This document shows, one piece after another, positions 27,950 through 36,955 of a DNA stretch of 64,000 nucleotides. How positions within the stretch are numbered: the stretch's first letter is position 1; each line of letters opens with the position of its first letter. This stretch comes from a virus. Lineage: Duplodnaviria; Caudoviricetes. A program made the translations under genes and the position numbers. Under the pieces are notes generated by a model. The model saw nothing but the letters and a program-made list of their open reading frames with translations, ran no database searches and was not told the DNA's origin. The DNA lies in the IMG/VR virus record IMGVR_UViG_2721755486_000001, positions 130,883-194,882 of that record, one strand, 5' to 3'.

Positions 27950-28303
27950 ATGGACATCCAAGAAACGAGACGCAAGCGCCTTCGCCAATGGCTGGAGGGT
28001 CGGTCAGTCCCTCGACGGGAGAGGAGCTATTTTTCGCAACTCTTGGGCGGCTCAGCGTCGTTCGGCGAGCGCGCAGCTCGACGGCTTGAGCGTGACTACG
28101 GGATGGGGGACGGATTCCTTGACCAGGAGAGTCAAGAACACGCAGCGGCATGCTCGTCGGCGATAGACCTGGACGCACGGCCGCAGATGTCCGCATGGCC
28201 GTTTCAGCGCATTGCGATCTCCGCGTACATGGCCCTTTGTGCCAAGACGCGCGAGGACATCGAGGACTACATCGAAATGAAGATCTCGAAGGAACGACGA
28301 TGA
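27950..28303 (+). CDS. Repressor-like HTH protein
   Basis: RRKRLRQWL...SYFSQLL...SFGERAARRLE, typical of phage CI N-domains. Confidence 0.7.
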   Translation: MDIQETRRKRLRQWLEGRSVPRRERSYFSQLLGGSASFGERAARRLERDYGMGDGFLDQESQEHAAACSSAIDLDARPQMSAWPFQRIAISAYMALCAKTREDIEDYIEMKISKERR

Positions 28304-28470
28304 TCTCGGGTGTGGCAGTGAGCGCGTTGGCCGGCTTGATGCAGGCTCTACCGCATTGAAAGATCCCTGATCTGAGGCTTTGTTCTTATCGTTGTTACGT
28401 CGGGCCAGGCATGAATCGCTAGGGGCTTGTACTGTCCCGCCGAGCTTTCCACGCAGCTAGCTCGATCACC

Positions 28471-28917
28471 TCAGCCGGCGGACCTCGAGGCCGTCCGGTG
28501 GTGACTTGCTGCGACAACCTTGATGGCCCCGAGGGCTTCGATACGCCCTTCGCGATCGAGGCCTTCAAGAATCGCAATCGCCTTGCGGATGTGAGGGTCC
28601 GGGTGCGCACTCCTTTGCGGGAGATCGAGCGGTGCCGGAGTACTTTGCTGCTGGTGATGATCTGGGCCCTCCGCATCAATGGACGTATGGGGGTTGTCAA
28701 ACCACCCCAGTGGCAGGTCGCATCGCTGCTCGAAAGTCCTTGCTAGATCATCCCCAATCGTTCGTGGCTTGCCTGTGGCGCTGTGAACCGCGCGGGTCTT
28801 CAGTTGACTGATCTGGGCATGGGACTTCCCCACCGCGTTTGCCAACGCTTGCACCGTTCCGAACTTGCCGATCAAGAGAAGCAGGTTCTCGTGTCGGATC
28901 TCGTCGATGGTCTTCAT
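28471..28917 (-). CDS. CI-like repressor (no peptidase domain evident)
   Basis: MKTIDEIRHENL...ALANAVGKSHAQISQL...IGDDLARTFE...GWFD; divergent from cro. Confidence 0.75.
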   Translation of the reverse strand: MKTIDEIRHENLLLLIGKFGTVQALANAVGKSHAQISQLKTRAVHSATGKPRTIGDDLARTFEQRCDLPLGWFDNPHTSIDAEGPDHHQQQSTPAPLDLPQRSAHPDPHIRKAIAILEGLDREGRIEALGAIKVVAASHHRTASRSAG

Positions 28918-28962
28918 TTGGATGCTGGCGATGTCGCTGATCAGTAGGTCAGGACGATTAGA

Positions 28963-29029
28963 TAGCCGCCAGCTAACAAATGGAATGTGCTGTAGGCTAT
29001 TGGCAAAATGAAAGCCGGCGGCTAATATT
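28963..29029. promoter_or_regulatory. Right operator region between cI and cro
   Basis: TAGCCGCCAGCTAA and AAGCCGGCGGCTAA. Confidence 0.55.
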
Positions 29030-29035
29030 CGGGGC

Positions 29036-29317
29036 ATGGATCTGAGAACCTATCTTCGTGCCGAGCGGGGGAGGGCGGCCGAGCTAGCGCGGCATCTTGG
29101 AGTAACGCCGACGACCGTGAACGAGTGGGCGACCTTACGAAAGCCGGTTCGAGAGTGCTATGCACCGTTGATCGAGGGCTGGTCGCATGGAGCCGTCCCG
29201 AGGGAAGTGCTTCGACCGCTGGATTGGCACATTGTCTGGCCGGAACTCCGGCTCCGCTCAGTCGCTCCCGCCGATACGTGTTGGCAATCCTTGGCCGCAG
29301 CTTGCTGCATCCAGTAG
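29036..29317 (+). CDS. Cro/YdaS-like HTH protein
   Basis: AAELARHLGVTPTTVNEW...LRPLDWHIVWPEL. Confidence 0.8.
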   Translation: MDLRTYLRAERGRAAELARHLGVTPTTVNEWATLRKPVRECYAPLIEGWSHGAVPREVLRPLDWHIVWPELRLRSVAPADTCWQSLAAACCIQ

Positions 29318-29439
29318 TGCTGTAGGCGAGCGAACAGGATGGTTGGTGGCATCGATGTGGAGGGCTGGAGCGATGTCGCCATCGTAGGCGCGGACGTGTT
29401 CCGGTGCATTCGTTGATTCTTGAACAGGATGGAACGGCC

Positions 29440-29754
29440 ATGAATGACAAGGCATTCGTCATCGAGCGGGAGTCGTTGCTGACGGCGACGTTGCGGGACG
29501 CGTGCAGGGACGCGGCCAAGCGCCGTGCGCTCTGCGAGGCGACTGGCTGGGACGACACGATGCCCAACAAGGTCGCCAACGGCGCCGGCGTGACGCTGGA
29601 GAAGATCCACGCGATGCTGGACTCCCTGGGCCTGGTGGTGACTACGCGGGCCTATATGGACTACCTGGCGCGCGGCAATGAGATCGGTTCCTCCTGCCTC
29701 TGTGCGCGCATGAGCATGGGTGCTTGCGGGCGTCACCTGCAGGGGCCTGTTTGA
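29440..29754 (+). CDS. CII-like phage regulator
   Basis: Position after cro; LDSLGLVV...YMDYLA. Confidence 0.55.
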   Translation: MNDKAFVIERESLLTATLRDACRDAAKRRALCEATGWDDTMPNKVANGAGVTLEKIHAMLDSLGLVVTTRAYMDYLARGNEIGSSCLCARMSMGACGRHLQGPV

Positions 29755-30224
29755 CTCCACCATCCCGCAGTCAGCCCGCTGCCGCTCGGCGGATCCCCGT
29801 TGAAGGTCCGCGCTTTCTCGCGGACATGACCTGCTGCAAGTCCTGGCGCGTTGGTGCTGGCTTTGCCTGCAGCCGGCCACGGCAAGTCTGCTGTGCCTGG
29901 CACCGCGCCGAGGAAATCGCTGCGGCGGCCGGTTCGGACAAGGCATGGCAAGCGCTGCAGGCCTTCGCGTCGCACCTGCTGGGGGAGTGCGCATGGCCGC
30001 TGGCGGATGTCTGCTGGGTGTTCCAGGCGGCGGGACAGCCGTCAGCACTGGCGGCGCTGTGCGCCAGGCGTTGGCAGTCCTTGCCGCCGAAGGCTCGGGC
30101 GGGCTATGCCGCCGATGTGGCAGCAGCGGTGGCACACCATCGCGCTGGCACGCGCCCGGTCCTGGCCGCCGCTTTCCTCTCCACCTTCCACACACTTTGT
30201 CAGGCCGCCGTAGTGCGGCCGTAA
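29724..30224 (+). CDS. Hypothetical protein (start uncertain)
   Basis: Fills gap in rightward operon. Confidence 0.4.
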   Translation: MRASPAGACLTPPSRSQPAAARRIPVEGPRFLADMTCCKSWRVGAGFACSRPRQVCCAWHRAEEIAAAAGSDKAWQALQAFASHLLGECAWPLADVCWVFQAAGQPSALAALCARRWQSLPPKARAGYAADVAAAVAHHRAGTRPVLAAAFLSTFHTLCQAAVVRP

Positions 30225-30270
30225 TCGTTTCTGACATGGCCTATTCAAATCAGTCTTTTGGCGCGGGAAG

Positions 30271-30693
30271 ATGGGACGTTTGCAACCCTTCGATAAGGAC
30301 CCTTCCATGCACGCCCACATCCCCGTTGGCATCTATCTCAATGCAGCAGAACTCTCGGCCCTGGCAGGTGAGGGGGCCGACCTATTTCATTTCTACACAT
30401 TTGGCATTCGCGCCTTCATGGACCTCGAAACCGGGCGCGTCGGCGGAACTGGCAGCACGTTCTCATACCAGACCATGAAGTTTCAGACGATGCGTCCCGC
30501 GCGGCCCGGTGTTGGCGGCGTTGCGCATGACGTGCAGAAGATGAGACGGATGCTTGCCCGGTTGGTTGAACTCGGCCTGCTGGAAAGGCTTGCGGATACA
30601 TCGCACCGTCTCGAATTGCATTGCATCAAGGCAGACCGGGTCTTGATTGACCAGGAACCAATGGAGGAAGAAGAGCCGTGTCGAGATTTGTGA
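30271..30693 (+). CDS. Winged-helix-like protein, paralogous to N-terminus of next gene
   Basis: RAFMDLETGRVG...RPARPGV...MRRMLARLVELGLLE. Confidence 0.6.
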   Translation: MGRLQPFDKDPSMHAHIPVGIYLNAAELSALAGEGADLFHFYTFGIRAFMDLETGRVGGTGSTFSYQTMKFQTMRPARPGVGGVAHDVQKMRRMLARLVELGLLERLADTSHRLELHCIKADRVLIDQEPMEEEEPCRDL

Positions 30694-31703
30694 TCGACGA
30701 CTCCGAATGGGAGGCCATGCGCAAGGTGGACATCCTTGCGCGCAATCTGTATTTCGCGCTGCGCCGGCGCATGGACTTTAAGACAGGCATTGTTGGCGTA
30801 GCCGGCGCTGCGGTCTCCTGGTGGGCACTGCGTGAAGATCTGGAGGTGCCGGGGCGGCCTGGGGTGAAGCGCATTCTGCCGTCGGAGCAGCAACTGCGTC
30901 GCCGTGTGGCGCAGCTCGAAAAGGAGGGCCTGGTGGAGCCAATCGGGACCAAGCTGCGGCTGCGTTTTCGCTTGTGCAAGGCCCTGGTGGATAACAACGA
31001 CCCGAAAAAAGCCGGAGTATGTGCAGCAGTACCCTCCAACGACCGCAAAGCCATGCGTGGCAAGGGAAAGCGCGGTTATTCACAGGGTAATTCAACGCCG
31101 CAGGCCGACACACATCAGAGTACCGGTAACTACTTAACCCTCCCCAACCCCTCCCACGCCTGCGGCGCGGAAGGGATGACTATCGAGCCCCCCACGCCTG
31201 CGGCGCGGGAGGGCGGGCAGGGCCCCCATGCATCGCAAGCGGAAGGGCCGGGGCTCTCGGAGGCGCGCCACGAGCCCGCAAGCGCGGTGGGAGAAAAGCG
31301 GCATCCAGATGAGGAGCCTCGGCCTGCGATCGGGTGGGAGGCACATCTGGCCTGGCCGGTGCGCATTCCGCCTGCCCATCGGGCCTACGTGGCACGAATG
31401 CTGGCACGGGTACCCGATCGTCTGCGCCAGGATGTCCTGGACGAATGGCAGGGCATCTGCGAGACGACCGAGGTGCGCCACCAGTGGAAGATGCTGAATT
31501 TCATCGTGAACCGCGCGCGCGGAGAGGACTGGGTGCCCGATCACGTCGAGCGTGTGCGTGCGCGGCGACAACATGCGCGCGACGCTCGCGCCGCCGAGCG
31601 GGAAGCAGCCCTGTCCCGTGCCGGCGCGCCCGCGCCATCCGGGCCGCCGGAGGGATGGGCGGCGAACCTGCAGGCGCAGCTGCGTCGACGGGGCAGCGCA
31701 TGA
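30678..31703 (+). CDS. Putative phage replication initiator (wHTH N-domain)
   Basis: Position in early-right operon; RRRMDFKTGIVG...LRRRVAQLEKEGLVE. Confidence 0.55.
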   Translation: MSRFVIDDSEWEAMRKVDILARNLYFALRRRMDFKTGIVGVAGAAVSWWALREDLEVPGRPGVKRILPSEQQLRRRVAQLEKEGLVEPIGTKLRLRFRLCKALVDNNDPKKAGVCAAVPSNDRKAMRGKGKRGYSQGNSTPQADTHQSTGNYLTLPNPSHACGAEGMTIEPPTPAAREGGQGPHASQAEGPGLSEARHEPASAVGEKRHPDEEPRPAIGWEAHLAWPVRIPPAHRAYVARMLARVPDRLRQDVLDEWQGICETTEVRHQWKMLNFIVNRARGEDWVPDHVERVRARRQHARDARAAEREAALSRAGAPAPSGPPEGWAANLQAQLRRRGSA

Positions 31704-32008
31704 TGGCCGAGCAGGGGTTCCTGGAGGCGGCTGCGCAGTTTCCGTTGCGCGCGGCCGGTCGTGATCGCTGGACGTCCCGCGCCGCCTTCTGGACCGCGGT
31801 CAGGTTCGGGGGCGATGGGCTGCAGGTGCACGCCTGGCCGCAGGCGCGGGAGCGGTGGACGGAGCTATGGGCGATCGCGACGCGGGAGCACCTGGCGCCG
31901 ATTCCGGGTGCGCCAGAGGTGGGTGCCTCGCCGTCGACGGTGGCGGCCGAACAGAATCTGGCGCGGATGCGCGCCATCGTGCAACGGGGGAAACATGTAC
32001 ACCGCTAA
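31700..32008 (+). CDS. Phage hypothetical protein
   Basis: ATGA overlap with upstream stop; MMAEQGFLEAAAQ... Confidence 0.6.
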   Translation: MMAEQGFLEAAAQFPLRAAGRDRWTSRAAFWTAVRFGGDGLQVHAWPQARERWTELWAIATREHLAPIPGAPEVGASPSTVAAEQNLARMRAIVQRGKHVHR

Positions 32009-32417
32009 GCCGCCGGCGAAGGTGGCGCGAATCGAATCGGCGCTGGCCGACTATCCGGACTACGATGCCCTGGACAACCTGCTGTACGACTGGTTCTGCT
32101 GGGAGTGCGCCGAACCCGGGGCACGCGGTTTCATGGGGCAGGACAAAACTTGCTCCCGGGCGCGCAGCGCGCGGCAGTGGCAGTCCACGGATGAACTGCT
32201 GGCCGCGGACGTGTTCGCGTGGCAGATCCAGCAGGTGGCAGCCGCCATTGCGGAACTGGAGCCCGATGCGCAGCTGGCGATCCGGATCGAAGCGCGCAAC
32301 CGCATGGGCCCGAGCGTGTGGCGCAACCCGCGGGCCGGGGCGGGACAGGCAGTAGCGTATGCGCGGGCCAAGCTGCAGGTGGAGCCGCTGTTGCGTCGGC
32401 GCGGGGTCGAGTATTGA
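31995..32417 (+). CDS. Putative late-gene antiterminator (Q-like)
   Basis: Last early gene; followed by sigma70 promoter and terminator. Confidence 0.55.
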   Translation: MYTAKPPAKVARIESALADYPDYDALDNLLYDWFCWECAEPGARGFMGQDKTCSRARSARQWQSTDELLAADVFAWQIQQVAAAIAELEPDAQLAIRIEARNRMGPSVWRNPRAGAGQAVAYARAKLQVEPLLRRRGVEY

Positions 32418-32442
32418 CAGCGCGGATTTGGTGCACTACATT
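32414..32442 (+). promoter_or_regulatory. Late promoter (pR'-like)
   Basis: TTGACA-17bp-TACATT. Confidence 0.65.
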
Positions 32443-32477
32443 CCGGTTCGTGGGCGGCGCTCGCCCACAGAAAACGT

Positions 32478-32510
32478 AAGCCCGCTCGGTTAGCTCCGCG
32501 CGGGCTTTTT
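32478..32510 (+). terminator. Intrinsic terminator (tR'-like)
   Basis: aagcccgc...gcgggcttttt. Confidence 0.65.
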
Positions 32511-32713
32511 GTTTGCGAGCGTGTCCGTCAGGTCGCGGGTTGCCGCAACTGTGTTGCTTCGGTGAAGCGGCGGTCAAGACGCGGGGGAGAATTCCCGCGG
32601 TATCGCCGTCCGTTTCTGAATGGGTGCGAGCCTATCTCTGGGAGTGCTTCGATTGAGCGTAATCGTCACTTTCTCAACTACACTGTGGGCTCACTTGTCA
32701 TAGAGGAGGCTGT

Positions 32714-32923
32714 ATGGCCCAGTTCAAGAAGGGTGATCTCGTTGTTGTGAAGAGTGGCGGACCCACCATGACGGTTTCTGAGCTCGGAGACTATTCCTTT
32801 GCCGGCGGCACTGAGGATGGTGTGAAGTGCGTTTGGTTTGACCAGAAGAGCATCAAGTGTGAGGACGTCTTCGACGCCGCTGTCTTGAAGCTTGCACCTA
32901 CGAGTTTCGTTGAACTCATTTGA
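32714..32923 (+). CDS. YodC/DUF2158 family small protein
   Basis: FKKGDLVVVKSGGPTMTV...CVWFD. Confidence 0.8.
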   Translation: MAQFKKGDLVVVKSGGPTMTVSELGDYSFAGGTEDGVKCVWFDQKSIKCEDVFDAAVLKLAPTSFVELI

Positions 32924-33101
32924 CAGTGCTGGCCAGGGAAAGCCGAACTGGAATGGCACGTTCGACTTGCCTGCGCTATGGCCAGCCAGGAGCAGCAAGT
33001 TGAGTGGCGGCGATTCGCGCCGCTCAACCGAATCGTAGCTTCCAAGGGCCCGGAGCGCGTTTGCCTCCGGGCCCTTTGTTTTATGGCGGACTGGGGGCAG
33101 C

Positions 33102-33887
33102 ATGGCCGAATTCGACCTCTCCTCGAACATCGATGCTGCGCTGGGCTTTGCCGCAAAGCTCCACCAGGATCAGATGCCGTTCGCTACGGCCCGCGCGCTG
33201 ACCAAGACGCAGCAGCTGGTCAAGGCGAACATCGAGGCGGAGATGCCGCGCGTCTTCGACAACCCGACCCGGTACACCTTGAATTCCTTGTACCTGCAGC
33301 CGGCGACCAAGCAGGATCTCTCAGCGCGTGTGTGGTTCAAGGACGTGGACTCGGGCGGGCGGGCGTCGACAAAATTCCTCGGGCCGGAAGTCTATGGCGG
33401 GGAGCGCCGCTACAAGGCGTTCGATCGCGCCCTGCAGGCGGCCGGCATCATGCCGGCGGGAATGGTGGCGGTGCCCGGCTCGGCAGTGGAGTTGGACGAG
33501 CACGGCAACGTGCCGCCGGCACTGATCGTGCAGATCCTGTCCTACTTCAACGCCTTCCCGCAGAAGGGCTACCGGGCCAACATGACCCAGCGCCGGCGCG
33601 ACAACCTCGCCCGAGGGAAATCTGGGGTTCGCGGCTTCACCTACTTCGCCCTCGCCAGGCCGGAGGGCAAGCTCCCTGCCGGGATCTACCGCCGTATGGA
33701 CTACGGCGCCGACAAGCGCATTGCCCACCTGCAGCACGGCGGGGCCAAGCCGATGTTCCTCTTCGTGAGCCTGCCGAGCTATCGCGTTCGCCTGGACTTC
33801 CATGGCATCGCGCAGCGCGTGACCGAGGCCGAGTTTCCTCGGCTGATGGTCGAGTACTTCGAGCAGGCGGTGGCCACGGCGCGCTGA
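33102..33887 (+). CDS. Conserved phage protein upstream of terminase
   Basis: 261-aa ORF; QMPFATARALTKT...FDNPTRYTLNS. Confidence 0.7.
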   Translation: MAEFDLSSNIDAALGFAAKLHQDQMPFATARALTKTQQLVKANIEAEMPRVFDNPTRYTLNSLYLQPATKQDLSARVWFKDVDSGGRASTKFLGPEVYGGERRYKAFDRALQAAGIMPAGMVAVPGSAVELDEHGNVPPALIVQILSYFNAFPQKGYRANMTQRRRDNLARGKSGVRGFTYFALARPEGKLPAGIYRRMDYGADKRIAHLQHGGAKPMFLFVSLPSYRVRLDFHGIAQRVTEAEFPRLMVEYFEQAVATAR

Positions 33888-34090
33888 CGGCCAATCTGCC
33901 GGACCGGAGGCGGGGCGGCTGCCCGGCCCGGCCGGCGGCCCAAGCCCGGGGCGCGGGTCCTTCCCGGGGCCTGGCGTTCGTGGGTAATTCGCGCCCCGTT
34001 GCTCGCGCAGTGGCGGGAATTTTTCAGGGTAGTCACCTGGTGCGGTAGTCAGGTAGTCACCCGTAGGTCCAGCACACGAGGCAGTCCACC

Positions 34091-34723
34091 ATGGCAGAGA
34101 TGAGCCAGCGAGCCTTCGCGCGCCATCTGGGCGTCACGTTGCGCGCCGTGCAGAAGGCGATCGCGTCGGGCCGGATCCGACTGAACGACAACCGCAAGAT
34201 CGACTCGGAGAGTGCCGCGGCCGACTGGGTGCGCAACACCGACGAGGGCCGGGTTTCGTTCAGCGACTTGTCCCGCCGCCGGGCCCCCGTATCCGCTTCC
34301 CCCGACGAGGATGAGGAGGAGCTGGACGAAGAAGGCATGGATGCCAATGGGCCGCCGGCGGCGGGAGGGGCGGCGGTGGCCACCGCCGGAGCGAAAGAGG
34401 ATCCCGCGGTGCGGCAGTACCGGGTCGAGCGCGCTGCGCGCGAGTCGATCCGACGGCAGCGCGAACAGGCCGAGCTGGACGAGTACCGCGGCGCGCTGAT
34501 CGACGTTGCCGAGGCCCAGCGCCTGGCGTTCACGGCGTTCCGCACGCTGCGCGACGCCGTGCTCAACGTGCCGGTTCGGGTCAAGGACCTGCTGGCGGCC
34601 GAGACCGACCCCACCCGCATCGAGGCGATGCTCGAAAAGGAGCTGGCGTCGGCGCTGCAGCAGGTGGACCAGGCGGCCATCCTGCGCGAGCAAGAGGAGG
34701 ACGAGGACGATGGGGGCGATTGA
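34091..34723 (+). CDS. Terminase small subunit
   Basis: N-terminal HTH SQRAFARHLGVTLRAVQKAIASGRI; precedes terL. Confidence 0.8.
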   Translation: MAEMSQRAFARHLGVTLRAVQKAIASGRIRLNDNRKIDSESAAADWVRNTDEGRVSFSDLSRRRAPVSASPDEDEEELDEEGMDANGPPAAGGAAVATAGAKEDPAVRQYRVERAARESIRRQREQAELDEYRGALIDVAEAQRLAFTAFRTLRDAVLNVPVRVKDLLAAETDPTRIEAMLEKELASALQQVDQAAILREQEEDEDDGGD

Positions 34724-36743
34724 TCAGTTCGTCCGGACCCTCGCCAATGCGATTCGGCCGGACGAACGGATCGGCGTTGCCGAGTGGGCAGCCAAGCATC
34801 GCATCCTGCCGGAGAACGCCCCCGAGCCGGGCCGGTGGCGAAACGAACGCACGCCCTACCTGGTGGGCATCATGGATGCGCTGTCTGGCCAGGACAGCGT
34901 GACCACGCGCTACGCACACGACGACCTGCGCCCCTTCAGCAATGCCTGGGTGACGGTCGTCGCGCAGATGAAGGGCCACCAGATCGGCGGCTCCGCAGCC
35001 GGCGAGAACTTCATCGGCCATAGCATCAGCGTCGCGGCCGGCAACGTCCTGGTGGTGTTTGCCACCAACGACGACGCGGAGAAGTGGGAACTCGACCGCT
35101 TCGAGCCGATGCGCAAGTCGACCCCCGAGCTGCGCGCGCGCGTGAAGGACGCGGGGAAGAAGGGCAGCGATAACACCAAGCGCCGCAAGCGCTTCCCCGG
35201 CGGGATGATGAACCTGGTCAGCGCGAATCGCGCCGGCCGCCTCAAGTCCACGACGGTCCGCTACGTGATGCTGGAGGAGGTCGACGAGTACCTCCTCAAC
35301 GTCGACGGCCAGGGCAACCCGATCGTCCTGGCCATCAACCGGACCAGCAACTTCGGCCGCCGCGCCAAGGTCTTCGCCAACAGCACGCCCACCATCAAGG
35401 GCCGCTCGCAGATCGAGAAGCTGTACGAGAAGGGCGACCAGCGGCGCTACTTCGTGCCTTGCCCGGATTGCGGACACCCGCAGTTCTTCGATTGGCGCAA
35501 GGGCATGCGCTGGAGCGAGGGCGATCCGGACTCGGTGTGCTACCACTGCGAGGTCTGCGGGGTCGGCAACCCGGAGCACGTCTGGAAGACGCGCGGCTAC
35601 GAGGGCGCGTACTGGATGCCGACCGCGCCTGGCGACGGCAAGACGGCGAGCTTTCACATCAGCTCGCTGTATGCGCCCATCGGCTGGCGGCCGTGGACGG
35701 ATCTCGTGCGCGACTGGATCGAGGCGCAGGCCGACATCGAGAAGCTGATCGCCTTCATCAACAACGCCCTGGGCGAGTGCTGGGAAGACCGTAGCGCCGA
35801 GGTCAAATGGGAGCTGGTCAAGCGGCGCGCCGAGTCGCATGCGCTGCGGACCATCCCACGCGGTTGCATGATCCTGACCGCGTCCGTCGACGTGCAGAAG
35901 AACCGCCTCGAGGTCGAAATCAGCGGCTGGGGCCGCAATATGACCAACTGGACGATCGACTACGTCGTCATCGACGGCGACCCGTCGACGGCCGCCCCCT
36001 GGGCGACGCTCGACGCGCTGCTGGAGCGGCCAATCGTCAATGCGTTCGGGGTCTCCCTGCAGGTGCAAACCTGTGCCATCGACTCCGGCGGGCATCACAC
36101 GCAGGAGGTCTACGACTACTGCCGCCTGCGCCAGGCGCGCGGCGTGTTCGCGATCAAGGGCGCCAAGGAGCAGCACCGGCCGATCATCGGCCGCCCCTCG
36201 GCGCAGGACGTCACGATACGTGGGCGCACCTTCCAGAAGGGTGTGCAGCTCTGGCAGGTCGGCACCGACACGGCAAAGGACAAGATCTTCGCCGCCCTGC
36301 AGGCCGACGAGGAGCTGGACCCGGCCGCGCGCCGCATGCGCTTCCCTGCAGGCCTGGAAGACGAGTACTTCAAGCAGCTTGTGGCCGAGGCGTTCAACGT
36401 CTCGAAGGGCCGCTGGGACAAGCTGCGCCTGCGCAACGAGGCGCTGGACCTGAAGGTCTACAACTTCGCCGCGGCCTACCACCCGCGCCTCCGGGTGAAC
36501 CTCATGACGGAGGCCGACTGGGCCGGCCTGGAGATGGTGATCGAGCCGCGCGTGCGTGACCTGTTCGCGGACCCTGCGCTGGCGGTGCCGATGGCGGTGG
36601 AAGGCGGCGAGGCTGCGGCCACGGAGCCGCCGGCCGCGAGCCTGCTGGCCGAGGCCGAACCCAACGCTGACCCCGATCGCGAGGAAGCCGGCGCACGGCG
36701 CGGCGGTTGGCTCAACGTGCGTTCAAACTGGATGGGAAGGTAA
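34710..36743 (+). CDS. Terminase large subunit (lambda GpA family)
   Basis: PGRWRNERTPYL, LEEVDEY, STPTIKG, YFVPCPDCG, IDSGG, RNEALD. Confidence 0.95.
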   Translation: MGAIDQFVRTLANAIRPDERIGVAEWAAKHRILPENAPEPGRWRNERTPYLVGIMDALSGQDSVTTRYAHDDLRPFSNAWVTVVAQMKGHQIGGSAAGENFIGHSISVAAGNVLVVFATNDDAEKWELDRFEPMRKSTPELRARVKDAGKKGSDNTKRRKRFPGGMMNLVSANRAGRLKSTTVRYVMLEEVDEYLLNVDGQGNPIVLAINRTSNFGRRAKVFANSTPTIKGRSQIEKLYEKGDQRRYFVPCPDCGHPQFFDWRKGMRWSEGDPDSVCYHCEVCGVGNPEHVWKTRGYEGAYWMPTAPGDGKTASFHISSLYAPIGWRPWTDLVRDWIEAQADIEKLIAFINNALGECWEDRSAEVKWELVKRRAESHALRTIPRGCMILTASVDVQKNRLEVEISGWGRNMTNWTIDYVVIDGDPSTAAPWATLDALLERPIVNAFGVSLQVQTCAIDSGGHHTQEVYDYCRLRQARGVFAIKGAKEQHRPIIGRPSAQDVTIRGRTFQKGVQLWQVGTDTAKDKIFAALQADEELDPAARRMRFPAGLEDEYFKQLVAEAFNVSKGRWDKLRLRNEALDLKVYNFAAAYHPRLRVNLMTEADWAGLEMVIEPRVRDLFADPALAVPMAVEGGEAAATEPPAASLLAEAEPNADPDREEAGARRGGWLNVRSNWMGR

Positions 36744-36745
36744 GC

Positions 36746-36955
36746 ATGAGTGCATTCACGACGGCGGATCTCGACCGCATCAACACGGCCATCGCCACGG
36801 GTGAGCTGACCATCGAGAAGGACGGCAAGCGCATCACCTACCGCAGCGTGGCCGATCTACGGGCAGCGCGCGAGATCATCATCGCCGACCTGGCGCAGCA
36901 GGGGCTGTCGCCGCAGCGGCCGCGCGTCACCGTCGCCTACTTCGATCGGGGGTGA
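36746..36955 (+). CDS. Head-tail joining protein (gpW-like)
   Basis: AIATGELTIEKDGKRITYRSVADL. Confidence 0.85.
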   Translation: MSAFTTADLDRINTAIATGELTIEKDGKRITYRSVADLRAAREIIIADLAQQGLSPQRPRVTVAYFDRG

